A stretch of DNA of 64,000 nucleotides, taken from NCBI RefSeq assembly GCF_009834535.1, contig NC_045696.1, positions 67,458,001 through 67,522,000 of the forward strand. The letters run 5' to 3'. The stretch comes from Camelus ferus. Taxonomy: Eukaryota. The notes beneath the pieces are model-generated. The model worked only from the letters and a program-made list of their open reading frames with translations. It searched no databases and was not told where the DNA came from. Positions 35,884 through 48,800 of this stretch are shown piece after piece. How positions within the stretch are numbered: the first letter of the stretch is position 1; every line of letters begins with the position of its first letter. A program made the position numbers and the translations under genes.

Positions 35884-38528
35884 CTAAAAATGAAAAGATA
35901 CCTCTGGTTAGACACTGAGCAGAGACATCGACAGAGGAGAGGCCCAGAGGTGAAAAGAAAAGGTGTACACCAAGGGGCAGGCCGCCTGGCCTGCCATCTT
36001 CGGCGTCCTCCAGCAAGTAAGTCACTTGCCTTCCCTGCGCCTGCTTTCTCAGCTGTGAAATAAGGGGTTTAGACTGTTGAGGTCCTTCCAGATCATAAAC
36101 ATCATGACGTTTGGTGAAGTGGGAGAGTGAGTGGGGGGGTGTGGAATTCACCTGTGCACAGATGGCAAACACAGACCCGGGGCTTGGGCAGGTTGGCTGG
36201 AGGGAAGAACACAGGTCCTCGAGGCCCCTGCTTGTTTCTGACTTTTTCTCCTAGACTCTGTATGTGCCCCCCAGGCCCCATCCAGATGTTCTGAGGTTGG
36301 TAACTTGGCCTCATTCCCAATGATTAGAGCCTCTTTCTTTGAAATGTGTCTTGTATTCTAGGAAATGAACTCAAGAAACCGCAAATGCATACCTTTTCAA
36401 AACAGCAGAGTTTGGTGAGTTCAAATCCCCATTATGCCAAACCTACTATGGCCAATTCTGCACTTCTTACATTTTGGTTATGTTAAACTTTTATTTGAAA
36501 GAGAAAAGTTAAAAAGCTGTCCAGTTCTTTGCCCTTTAAAGAATTTTAGCACTTCCAGAAGGTATGTGTGAGTGAACACCCCCTACAACACACACACATA
36601 CATATGTTCTTGAGGTTAACTGTTGGTGAGGAATTTTAATATTTCTTAATCTCTTAATATTCCTTAATATGACCAATGGCCATAACATTTTTTTCTAGTA
36701 GCAGCTTAACAGGCTACAAAAAGGCATCCATCCGTATCTTCTGGAAATTAGGTGTGGCATTTATGAAGGTATGAAATAAGACAAGATTTGAAATGGACAT
36801 GGATAAGAACTGAAAAGACGAAAAGAAAAGGAAGACAGTTTTTTCATGGTAATGGTTTTAAGATTAATGATGTTAAAAATTTATCTATTTACAGTGAGAC
36901 TTAAAAAAGAAATAATGATAGTAATCTAACACTTTGCAGAGCACTTTATGGTTGTCAAAGCATTTTTACATACATTATACTCTATATGTACATATTAATT
37001 TTCCTGGCAGCACCCAAAAGGCATCTGTATGGCTGCAATCTAAATAAATATGAGTTAAGTAGCAGATCAATTGATTGCTATGAAAGAAAAATTAAAAGGA
37101 TCATGGTACAACTGCGGCAGTAATCAGAGCTGTTATAATTGGTATTTTATGCAAGAAGTTTTTATACGCAGTGGTAAAAAAAAATTGCTTTGGACTACCT
37201 GATTATTTTTGAATCTGGGTCATCAGTAGTGAAATAAGCAGGCTTTTGGAATCAGCTGCAAAATTTCCTTTCCCCAAACCCACTGGGACTGTAAACTCTG
37301 TGAGGTCAGGAGGACGTCTTGCTTATCACTGTGTCTGTGAGCCTTGCCCAATGTCCCCAAGTAGGATTACTTATTCCTCTAGGATAAAATAGCTTTCACT
37401 GAATTTGCCTATTTTAGTCGTAATTATTTGCATATCTTTGGGGACCTCAAAACTGTGAGCTTCCAAAGGACAGGATTTGCTCTATTTCTGAGTCTCTAGA
37501 AATAACTACTGTGACTGGTGTAGAAAGTAGAGAATCAGGCACTATCTAATGAAATGAAGTATTTGCCATATTTCTCGTAAAAAGACGTTGCTTGTGCCTT
37601 TACGTTCAATCTCAAGGTCCTTCCTCTTTGGAAAGGCGCAAATTGTATTCTTGCTGAGTAATGATTCCTTCTTACCAATTGGCCTCATTTCTGTGAGGGG
37701 AAAAGGCAAAGTGGAGAGACAGAATGTGGCTTCCACAGTCCTTACAGTGTTCCTTGGCCAGCATTTTGAGGATTGTTAAAAATCCCAGGTGGTCTATTTC
37801 AGGGCTCAGCTCACTAAGCAGACAATAATCATAACATTAATTTGATAAAAACAGTTCTCATGGTTAAAACAGCAGCCATGTACTGTGTGCTTATTATGTG
37901 CCGAGCCTCGTTAAGCACTCTATACACTTGACCTTATTTTTTACTGATAGCAGTATTATGAAGAAATACTTTTATCATTTCTGCTTTGGGAGCCAAAGCT
38001 TAGAGAGGAATGGTCTTAATCATCTTGTGTCCTGGCACATTTCTGGCAATCAACAAATGAATGCTGATTAAACAAATAAATGGATGCACGTAACATCCCT
38101 GATAAGAAAAGCACAGAGAGTGGAATAAAGGCTCAACACAATGAAAGGGTCAGTTAAATAAATCTGCTTCTCGGAGCTCACTGTCCTGGCACTGGGAACA
38201 CAGAAACAAATGAGGACTCCGGCAGTCAGACGGTTGAGGGAGTTCTGTGCATTTCTGCATTTGTTCTATTGCATCCTATTACATTGCAAAAATAATTTAA
38301 GGTGGTTACTGTAAAGCTGTTTGTGTGTATGTGTATTCTTTATTCCTAATCAGGCTGTGTTGGGTGCTATCTATAGTAAATTTACAAAACTATAAAACAT
38401 AAAGGAGATACAAATTCAAGCATGGGGATAGGGAGAGTCTGCGATCACAGGAGGCTTCTTAGAGGAGATGGTAACTGAGTGGGTCCTTGAAAGATGGCCA
38501 CTTAGGTAAAACAGGAAAGTAACTGTGA

Positions 38529-38548
38529 GTGTGTGCGTGCGTGCGTGC

Positions 38549-38583
<35 letters not shown>
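38529..38583. repeat. (GCGT)n(GT)n microsatellite
   Basis: Seen directly. Confidence 0.95.
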
Positions 38584-38586
<3 letters not shown>

Positions 38587-38769
38587 AGGGTGAGGGTAGG
38601 ATACAGGCAGTCAGCCAGGGCACTAGTTTGAGCAGTCATCTGAAATGACATATGGGAAAGAGTTTCTGCCTAATAGGATGGAGGATTTGGGCCAACGCTG
38701 ACTGAAAGTGGTTATGGAGGGGATGGCCCATTAGCAAGGCTTTAAAAATAGCATTTCAGATGCTCATTG

Positions 38770-38912
38770 CTCTGAGTACAGTCCAAGACCACCTGGGAGC
38801 TTGTCAGAAATGCAGAATCTTGGGTCCCCACCCCAGACCTACTGAACTAAGCTCTGCAGTTTAACAAGATCCCTCAGTGACTTAGAAGCACACTGAAGTT
38901 TGGGAAGCCCTG
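38770..38912 (+). mobile_element. MER5A-like hAT-Charlie element
   Basis: cacctgggagcttgtcagaaatgcagaatcttgggtccccaccccagacctactgaa...tttaacaagatccc...cacactgaagtttgggaagccctg. Confidence 0.8.
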
Positions 38913-41384
38913 GCTTAAAGAACAGGATTCTAAGCAGGTGAAATAAATCCTTTCTCCTGCGCCCCCTGCATCTCGCTGTAGCTTCTATTCCCAGGCTGCT
39001 CTAGTTACAGCCAAGCAGATCTTCCTTGAATGCAGAGAAGTCTTTCTTCACTCTGTGCCCTTCTTTCTTGCCTGCGTTATTCCTCCTGCCAGGAATCTCT
39101 ATTTCCCACTGAAAACACTCTGCCTCCAGAAGCCTACTCCGGCCCCAGGGCCGAGTAATCTCTTCTGGCTCTGACAGCTCGAGCCCTCGCCTGTGCCCGC
39201 CTCGGCACGTGTAGCCTTTTCTGCCTGATACCACACAAAGTCTGCACTCACTCTCTCCCCTCCTCCTGGCAAGCTCTGCACTGACAGGGCCCCTCGCGAC
39301 GGAGCTGTGCAGTTTCTCTCCTGGGGTCTCTGTCCTTCAGCACGTAGCACAGGGATTGGCACACAGAGGGCTCTTCATAGATGCGGTTGCACTGAACTCA
39401 AATACATTTCCCCAAAGCTCACAGAAGGGAGGCCCGCTCAGAATGGCCAAGAATCTGCAGAAGGCGGCCCGTCTCCTTAGCTTGGCAATGCCCTCCCTGG
39501 GCTGGACTTTCAACCGCTTTGCATTCCACTACTTTTAAGGCTCTGAAACAGAGTTCTGTAAAGTTTCTCTCTTATTTTTCTTTGGGAAATGGGAAAAAGA
39601 TAAAAAAGCATTTCCTCCTGCATACCTGCCAATCACGCGGACAACTTTAAAAAAAATTGTGTTTTAACTGGCCACTGAATTAGTGGTGGCGGGGAAGAGT
39701 TGGGAGTTTCAGATTATTTTTTCCCTTATAGTTGTTCAAGTCTGCTTTCCTGGAGCGTTCAGACCCACACACATCACCAGGCATAAGTCTCTAATTATGC
39801 CCCCAACTCCTAGAAATGAAAGGTAAATGGCATAGATATAAACTTGCATCTGTCAGAACTGATTTCCTGTTTTAACTGAGGGGTATGATATATCAGTCTT
39901 TTCCAGCAACAGAAACATCTGTGCTCTGATTCCATCTATCAGTCTTCCTTGGATGAGGGTAAGTCTAAGGAAGGAGATGAGCAGTGACAGAAACCACTCC
40001 CCATTGGTGTCTTTTCACCTCCTTTAAATAGATGCAGGGTTTTCTTTTTAATCATGTATAATTACAAGCTAAAAATATCAATAACGTGAAGTACAATTTA
40101 TGCTGTGACTGCCCTTCCAGAGTGAGCCCTTCCTTGTCTGATTCAGGTTGAGAGTTCCTGCCTCTGGGGTTTTTTCATTCATTCAGCCTCACATCTTTTG
40201 GTGAGGTTTTTCACTTTCTTTGCTACTTGGAAAGTGGTCAGGAAATTCTTTTTTAAAATAGGAGTCTCAGATCCCCAAACTGCTTGTGGCAAGTACTTCC
40301 CGGTTGTTGACAATCAACAGAGCGGTGAAAATTAACCCACAAGGCTGCACATCTGGAGGCTGTAGAACGGATACCCAAACTGGTGAGCCATGCAAGCTTT
40401 ACCTCCTTGAGAGCCTCAGGCTGTCCTTAAAGCCACTGCCCAGCAAACACAAGCCAGAAACCTCTGTGCCTGCCATTTACAGATCAAATCTATAGCTTTC
40501 ATATGGTTCCTAGAAATCTGCAACAAATCTGATCCACCAATTCACTGACCATCAAACTGGCCAAATACAAATAAGTAAAATGCAAAACTATACAGTTTGC
40601 CTGAAAATCCCAGTTGTAATAAAGAGGGATCTCCACATGAAAGAAGTGAGAAAGTGGGGACATATTTTTCCAGGCCCATCAGTTAAGTGGTCTTGACTTT
40701 GAGGTTCTACTCTCTAATCGTCCTCAAAAGATTGTACCACGCTGCATTCACTTATTTTATTAGAACATATCCTGGGGAAGAGAACACCTGGCTGAGGGAG
40801 GAGCTTGGGGGGAGGTTGTAATTATGTTGATAATGGCATAAAACAGCCTCCAAATATGCAAGAGGGTTGCATTAGCAAGACAGACTGAATAGTTCCCCCA
40901 GAACCTTATCTGCAGAGTGGCACAGACATAGAGGTCAGCTCTATAGAGAACCCTAGGCTGTCATAAATGGGAAGCTTCAAGAACGGGCCTGGTCTAATGA
41001 TCAAACTGAAGAGCTCAGAGAAACTGGGCAGTTTGTCCACTGTCACACCTCTTGTTCACATTTCAGCCAGGGAGGGCTACCCCAGGATCCTGCCTCTCTC
41101 CAATACACGTACTTTGCGGCTGAGTCAGCTTTCTTACAATTAGGGTCACACAAATACGTGATGGACAAGCCCCAGGGAGGCCGTGAAGCGGAGGCCAGGC
41201 CGGAGGACCATATGGATTACCTGCTAGCAATTCCTGCATTGGAGGAGGGAATAAATAAGCTCTTTTTAAAGTCCCACCAAATCCTGAGATGCTACTGTTC
41301 CAGGAAAGAAGAATGGGTAGCGTGGACGCCAGGCGCAAGAACAGAGCCCGAGAAGGGCTGCAGGAGGGAGAGGCGGCTGCCTAC

Positions 41385-41563
41385 TTGTGGAAGTCCTCGA
41401 TGCAGTGGATGAGGCCGCCAGCGTCCACGGTGAACGGGATCCCATCCAGGCTGCGGTGGCACATCACACAGGTAAAGCAGTGAGGATGGTAGGCCTTCCC
41501 AGTGGCTCGGAGGATCCGCTCCATGATGGGCTTGGAGCACACGCTGCACTGCTCCAGGGTGTT
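41385..41563 (-). CDS. LPP: LPP internal coding exon (LIM2 domain), 179 nt
   Basis: Minus strand reads acceptor tttcttttcctccccAG|AAC ACC CTG and donor CAC AA|GTaggc. It translates NTLEQCSVCSKPIMERILRATGKAYHPHCFTCVMCHRSLDGIPFTVDAGGLIHCIEDFH(K), with LIM zinc-ligand spacing and a match to the LPP sequence I recall. It ends in phase 2, compatible with the next exon. Confidence 0.97.
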
Positions 41564-41821
41564 CTGGGGAGGAAAAGAAAAATGCCAGTGTTAGACTGGG
41601 ACTTGAGCTCCACAGCCTGACAAGCACCACTGCAGAACCCATGGGCTCCCGTGCTTATCACAGCATTTGGAGGAAGGCAGAGTGTGTATCTTTATTACAG
41701 AGGGATGGAAACAGTTAGATGGAGCAAATGGCTTTGCTAAGGCTGTGCAGGTACGGGGTGGCTTAGCTAGGGTTTAGAACTCGTGTTGTCTGACTTCTAC
41801 CCTCGTTCCTTTCCAGTACAG

Positions 41822-42008
41822 CAGGGGTGATGGCAAGCTTTTCTGTAAGGACTCACTTCTGGCTTCGTTACAGCAACTCAATTTTGTTGTTTAGGTGTGA
41901 AGGCAGCCAAAGACAGTGGGTAAGTAAATGGGCATGACTGTGTTCCAGTGAGACATAACTTACAGAAGCAGGATGGATTTGGCCATGGCTATAGTTTATT
42001 GACCCCTG
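41822..42008 (+). mobile_element. MER58A-like hAT-Charlie element
   Basis: Termini CAGGGGT...ACCCCTG, with internal ggcaagcttttctgtaagg and aaatgggcatgactgtgttccag. Confidence 0.8.
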
Positions 42009-42061
42009 AGCTACACAATCCGGGTTCTCCACTGGAAGTACACTTCATTATTCTCTCTCTC

Positions 42062-42290
42062 TCTTTTTTTAAATTTTTAAAAACTGAAGTACAGTTGATT
42101 TACAATGTTGTATTAGTTTCAGGTGCACAGCAAAGTGATTCCAATATATATAAAGTATTTCTTTCCCATTATAGATGATTATAAGGTATTGAATATAGTT
42201 CCCTGTGCTATACAGTAGGTCCTTGTTGTTTATCTGTTTTATATAGAGTAGTGTGTACATGTTAGTCCCAAAGTCCTAATTTATCCCACT
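42062..42290 (-). mobile_element. Cetartiodactyl-type L1 3' UTR fragment
   Basis: gaagtacagttgatttacaatgttgtattagtttcaggtg...gaatatagttccctgtgctatacagtaggtccttgttgtttatct. Confidence 0.85.
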
Positions 42291-44050
42291 ATTAATTCCA
42301 GAACTTGAGTGGTCATCAAAACCCTAAGGACCTTAGCATTTTTAGAGGGAGGTTCATCTGATGACTGAGACTGGCAGAGAGCATGCTAGTTGCAGAACCC
42401 AGTCAGAGCTCAGTATCACCAACGAGGCTTGTGATCATTTAAAGCCTTGGTTCAAACACCATCACCAAGCTTAGTGTTGTGAACCCTTGATGGAAATTTT
42501 GAGCCTAGAGGGGTCCAGTTTTGAGAAGGTAATAAAGAAAGTCAATGTATCTGGCTTTAAAAATATGCTCAGCTTTAAAAATAAATCCCCTCCCCCTTAA
42601 AAAGGGATACTATTTACTCATAGAAGACTCAGAAAGATCAATAAAATTAGCTGTTCACTTTCCATCCTTGCCTAGAATCCCATACCCTCTTAGCAGACAG
42701 CCATGTTTCATGTGCAATAAGCTATATTTCAACTGAGATGTCTGGACTGATTCACTGAGTTTACAAGCTAGATTAAACTTGGCATGGGGATACAGTTAGA
42801 CGGATACAGAGCTAGAGGGGATGTGGAAATCAAGGAGTAATTTCCCTCTTCCTATGAGAAGCTTTAAATGGGCAGAGGCAAGGAGCGCTGTAGGTAGGTA
42901 ACTAGTGTGCTCATAATTCAACTGTAGCCATGGCCTCTGACTGGCTTCCTTGTTTCCATGTCTCCTCCTGTAACACTTCCCCATCCTCAGAGAAACTTCC
43001 AGTTTCCTTCCCAAAACCCAGAAGTGACGAAATAAGTTTCCTGTTAGAAAAACCTTCATGGAGCTAGTTCTTTACCGGACATGCAACCTCCCTTTCTAGG
43101 CTCAGATCCCCTAATGTCTCAGACTGCTCACTCTTCTTCAGACCTATGAGAAACTTCCATACTTTGGTGCGTTGGCTAATGCCTTTCAAGGTATGGTCAG
43201 AAGGCAACTCCCCAGGGAAGCCTTCCTCAACGCCTTCCGTTGGACTAAATCTCTTCTTTTTCTCTCTTTCCTGAGCACTTAGTTTGTGCTATTTACAGCA
43301 CTCACAGTGATCACTGTTTCACAATTATCTGCACGTATGTCCATCTCCTCTGCTATACTGCAGTTTCTTCAAGGGTGGGGACTATGTCTTAACAATCTAT
43401 TTCTCTGTCCCATGCTACCCCAAGTGCACTACCTGGAATAAACAGAAACCCAGGATGAGTGTGTGAGAAAAGAACGAAGAAATGAATATTGTTTACATCC
43501 CACCCTGGCATCACAAGGCTGGCCCGATTCCCCCCAGCTTTGGAACCCAGAGGACAGTGAATACGCCACCAACCTCTCCTCAGAGCTGCGGTTGTCGGAG
43601 GTTCTGAAACTGCTTAGTGCGCCTCTGGCCGCAGTCTAAACTCATGGAAACTATTAACCTATTTCCCCCCCATTTTGAAGTGGTGGAACTAAAATAGCAG
43701 AGGAACATACGATGAGAGTCTGGAGATGCTGATGGTCTGGACAATGACGGCCCTGCTTCTTTTCTGCCCGGGTGATCTGAGCTAATGTGGCTGGAAACTG
43801 GCTTCCCACGGTTTGTGTTTTGCTCTTCTGTGGGCTTGAACTTTTATTTTTTTTTTTAAAGCCAGTCCTGTAACAGAGTTGAACAAACCAGAAAATGCTT
43901 GACCAGAAAATGTTTTTGTTTGCATTGAGGCCTGGCTGCAAAATTGAGCTCATTTACTCAAAACCAGCAGCAACATAGTTTCTAAGGAAAGTCAGTTTCT
44001 AAGGAAAGACTTCACAGTCCATGGAAGCGCTGTTTAAAGGGCACATAATC

Positions 44051-44170
44051 GGGGGAGAGGGTATATCTCAATGGTAGAGCGCATGCCTAGTATGCACGAG
44101 GTCCTGGGTTCAATCCCGGTACGTCCATAAAAAAAAAAAAATAAACAAACCTAATTACCACCCCCCCCCC
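44051..44170 (+). mobile_element. tRNA-derived SINE (Vic-1-like)
   Basis: ggggagagggtatatctcaatggtagagcgcatgcctagtatgcacgaggtcctgggttcaatccc, containing the A box and the B box GGTTCAATCCC. An A-run and aaacaaacctaattaccacccccc tail follow, with cataat on both flanks. Confidence 0.88.
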
Positions 44171-45489
44171 ATAATGAAGGGGAAAGGATGGATGCCCTGA
44201 AGACTCAGGTCTCAGCTGTATCAGTCCTCCAGGTCCACAGGTTTTCTCACCTATGAAATCAGAGGCCTGGACTAGAGGAACTCCCAGAGCCCTCCTCTTA
44301 GAGTATTTAAGAATCTTTATCCTTTCTCTAAGAGAAGATATGTCAGAGGGTCCTGGTGAACCAGTGGAAGATGGAAAGGAGAAAATCCTTCATAATGTAG
44401 CCAGAGAGAGAGACAGAGTTGTTAGATGAAGAATGTGAACTGTCCCTCTGGACTTGTCAGCGTCCCCTGGATGACCTTAGGTAAATGATTTCTTCTCTCT
44501 AGACCTTGGTTTTCTCATCTGTAAAACAATGGTTAATTCCAGCTCTGCAAATGTATTACTCTCTGGTATGTCAGCATTAACAACAACAGGTAAAGGTCAG
44601 TGCTTCCATCACTAGAGACATCCTAGAAACAACTGGACAGCCCCTCATCCAAAGCTTGAAGGGAGGGCTCGTGTGTGAGACACCTTGCCTGCAGCCCAAC
44701 CTTCACTTCACCTTACCAACTGGAACTCCAGTAATTGCTAATGGTAGAATTTTACACACCATAAAGGAAGATCTTTGTGTCTTCTTATAGAAGATTATTT
44801 TAAAGCCAGACTAAAAGATGCACTCTTTATATAAACATGAGGTTTTTCTAAAGTAGGTGAAAAGAAACGGTTAATAAATAAAATAGTATTTAAGAAAATA
44901 GACAGAGAAATAAATCTTCAAGCAAATAAGCAGAAGAAGGGTGTCTCTTAAGTACATCTACTCAATCACATCCTGCATGTGAAGCAGGGGTCCCAGGTGT
45001 GCTAGACGGGGAGTCAGGAAGGAAGAGCACCTTCCAGATCAGTAGTGTGCTTCGTGACACGGCCACCTCTGCGGCCCCTTCTCGTGGACCCCATCTTCCA
45101 GCTGCCACCCTGCACCCTCTGCTGCGTCTTTAGCAAGCTGCGTTCTTTTACGAGCCCAGGCCCCACATCCTCCTTTGTCTAGAGAATACCTCCTCCTCCC
45201 TCACAGTTGAGCCCAAATATGCCCTCTTCTGCGAAGCCTTTCCTAAGCCTCCCTTTGTTATACTCCAAGCAAAACAAGCCGCTTCTGCCACTCCCATAGG
45301 ATTGTGCGAGGCTTCTTCCCCGTCACCGAGTGCAACGTACTTGACTGACGGCCTACGTCAACCGCCACAACCAAGCAGTGGCTGCCCCGCTCTCCCCATA
45401 CGGAGCCATAGTCGTACGCTGAGTTTCCTGGGAAACAGGGATCTGCACAAAAGAAGTTATTGAAGAGTGTCTGTGAGAGCAGGGAGAGA

Positions 45490-45810
45490 GCAGGGAGCAC
45501 CCGCTTGGAGGGAGGAGTTGAACTACGATGCAGTTACAACTAAGGCCTCTGATGGTTTTATGAACTCTGGGCTAGGCGGCTCTGCCGAACTGTCCTCCCT
45601 TGAAGCTAGGGGGCAGGGCATTTATACCCTGGTGCCAATGGATACAGCCGGCCTGCAAGGAGGAGAAATGATCTTGGATGAGGAGGTTCCCGTCAGTTGA
45701 GGGTGGTTACCAGAGAGGGACTCAGTTGTGAACCACCAAGCCACCATCAATCCCAGCAGCTGCAGGAGAGACAGCCCAGGCCTGAAGGGAACTGGCTGCC
45801 ACTACAGCTC
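45490..45810. mobile_element. Old ERVL-class LTR-like fragment
   Basis: gagttgaactacgatgcagttacaactaaggcctc...catttataccc...cttggatgaggaggttcc resembles ancient LTR consensi. The subfamily is not determined. Confidence 0.4.
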
Positions 45811-48800
45811 CCACAGCAGGAAGAATCCTTGCCCGCCCAGGGCCTCCATCGTCCGTGACACACATGAAGCAGCAGGTGATCAGATGTGAAACACCTTCTA
45901 GATTAAGCTGAAGGAAGAGTCTATATTTTATGTTTTTTAAAAAATTCTAGACACTGAGGATTTTTAGAAAGTGTTTTAAGCAGTTACTCTAATGAAAGCA
46001 TGTTTAAAGAGAGATGTTCGCGTAGCAGAAAACATGTAACTGCTAAAAGGCACAACTTTTCTGTTGTGAAAATGATAGCAATACAATTGTGATTGAAAAC
46101 AGAAAGTTAAGTGAAAATAAAAAGCAAATCACAAACAAATCTTGTACACAAAACTCCCAAATGCATCTGTTTTTAAAATTGAGATACAATCTGGTTGTAG
46201 CTTTTCTATCCTTGGATATTGTATAAATAACTTCTCTAATTCATAGGCAGAGGAGCTGGAAAGATCATGTGAATATAAATGAAGTATACAGGTAACACAA
46301 GCATTGACTACTAGTTAATGGAGAAAATAGTATTTCTAAAATTTATATATTTCTTAGGTGTATGTGTGTTCAATGTTGAGTACTTTAAATCAAGAGACAT
46401 AAGTATTTGAAGATTTGGAAGACTATAAAGTATTGCCATTTAGAAATGTTAAAATTTTCATTTCATAAAATTAAAATGTGATCTTATATTCAGTCTTTAT
46501 TGTTTTTTTTTAGGTACGAAAGCAATACTGGAACAGAAAAGACTCTTGGAAAGATAAGGGTGACATCTCATGTTCTAGATACAGTTTTGGTCTTGTTGTG
46601 ATAAGAATAAAAAGGAAAAAAAGAGACAGAGTTATAAAATACTAAACTTTTTAAAGTCTTTAGAGATTATTCTAGTCCAAGAGTTTTCAACTCCCCTCAC
46701 TTGCCTCCCTCTTCCACAATCCTTTGTTCAGGGAAACAGTTTATCAAGGAAACACATCCAGGAGTGTCCAAAATCACTTCTGCATGAAGAGTATGAAAGG
46801 ATGCAGCCTATGGGGGATCCAGATAATACAGTTTAAAACCCATCCATTTGGTCCAACTACCAGATTCATGAAGGTGCAGAGAGAGAAAAGAGCTGGTGTG
46901 AGATTCTGAATTAGAGTGTAGGTCTCCCAGTTCCACACCCCGTGGATGACCCCGGTACTTTATCACGCTGCACCTACTCCACATTTCAGTAGATATGCTC
47001 CATATTACAGACGGTATTCAGGCTGACGACCTGCAAGCTACGTGCATGTAAGTCGAGGAAACAGGTTGAAATCTGAAGACAGTTTGTCTGCTCTCAGTTT
47101 CATTGGCTCCCCCAGGGTAAGGCAGGAAATCACTGTTGGATCCCCAGCATCTATGACAGTACCCTTGCCAAAAATTGATGCTCCACAAATACTGGTCAGT
47201 TCAGGAGCTAATAAACTGTGGATAAGTACTCGACATAAAATACTATTGTATTTAACCACGCAAAACAGCTCTCTAGTCCAGAGCTCTCAACGGGGAGGTT
47301 GAGACGCAGTGCGCCTCGAGTGGCTTCTGGGCGTCCCGCACTTGGAGGTTCCATCGGCCCTGAGCAGTCACCTTGGGCCAGGAGAAGCCTCATCTACTTA
47401 TTCCAGTGTGCTGAGTGAAGGCCGTCATTTCCCACACGCATCATGATGGAAAAAAAGGCTGGAAAGCACGGCCCAAGTCTAGGCGTTCGCAGCAGGACAG
47501 CGATGCGGGACAGTAAGACGAGAACAGGGCCGGGACTGAGCAAGCTCCTCTGAAATGCCACTGACATTATTTAAGCTCAAATAGCTGTATTCCCTGTCTT
47601 AATTTTGGAATACAAACTTATTCTTGATTCTGATAATCAAGGCTTCGCAAATCACGACAGTACTTTTGGGTTTCCTTTGTAGATGGAGACATCATTTTAT
47701 CTTGGTAGTTTTTCTTAGAAGCCCACAGTACAAAGTCACCCCACACAGCTCTGCCCCCCAGTGAGGCAGGCATTTCTTATTGAAAGTTTCCTGGCATCTT
47801 CCAAGTGTCCTTCACCTGTTTCTATATCTTAATCTAAATCGATTGTATCTGTATTTATATCTACCGTGTGTTGTAAAACAGACAGAAAAAAGTCATAGTA
47901 AGCCTAGCGACTTCCCATCCCTATGACTGTGACTTTCCAGTTAGAAGCGAATTCCTCCTCTGCTAATGAGAATTGTGATTCTTCAAAACAGGGAAAAAAT
48001 TTGAGTCAATTCATCCAATGGCATCAAACCCTTAAGAGGTATTTTCTTCTGATGGATTTACCGCCCCCCCCCCCCAAAATGACAGCTATGAAACAGGTAA
48101 CTGATGATTCATTAAAGAACTCTTTGACAGTCTTAGTTTTCGTTCACTTCTGCTCATCTTTTCGAGCACAACTCTTGGCATCCAAAGCCTATGTTATCTC
48201 AGGTTTCTGACAAATCCCCTTTAAAGAAACTTTTCACATGATTTTCTGATGAGCAGAGCTGCCTCCCACTTAATTCAGCATTGCAGAAAGCCTAAAGAGG
48301 GGAACAAAGCATTCAACATCCTGTCAGGGACAGAGGAAGAGAGAACAGACAAAGACACCACTGCTGCCCTCAGAGGTTCCCGAATCAGGAGAAGTAGACA
48401 CTTCTATAAATAGCTGATTAGAGGCACAGGGCACAACAAATTGCTATTACAGAGGAATGAGTAATGTGTGATGGGAACACAGAGAAGAGAGTGATTTCCT
48501 ATAATGGTGAGGGAACAGGCGATATGGTGGTGGTATATGATTCTGGGAACCTGTTCCAGGTGGGATTTGAGTTGACTCTTGGGAAAAAAAAACACATTCT
48601 AACAGTCTTTGGAATTAATGTTGTGTTATAATAAAGGTCTTCATTATACATGAAGTCCCAGATATGCCTACGTTGAGAGAAAATTCATTTCACAGGAAGA
48701 ATATTGTAACAAAATCAGTATATTGGGCAACATTGGTGAAGGGGAACTCAACATTGCCAGAGATTATTGTCTGTATGTTAAACTAACACAAACAAAACAT

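Larger units (their letters stand above)
35884..41384 (-). other. LPP: LPP intron (phase 2)
   Basis: GT...AG boundaries between the two LIM exons. Confidence 0.93.

Noticed and set aside
35621..36172. Longest ORF in the window (183 aa, minus)
   Set aside because: It overlaps the true LPP exon in a different frame and runs through MIR-like intronic sequence, with no recognisable domain.
41292..41661. ORFs 41292..41642, 41387..41620 and 41464..41661
   Set aside because: These are out-of-frame or antisense shadows of the GC-rich LIM2 exon.
44051..44130. Possible tRNA gene
   Set aside because: It has A/B boxes but a diverged cloverleaf, a SINE-type tail and two sibling copies in the window, so it is a tRNA-derived SINE.
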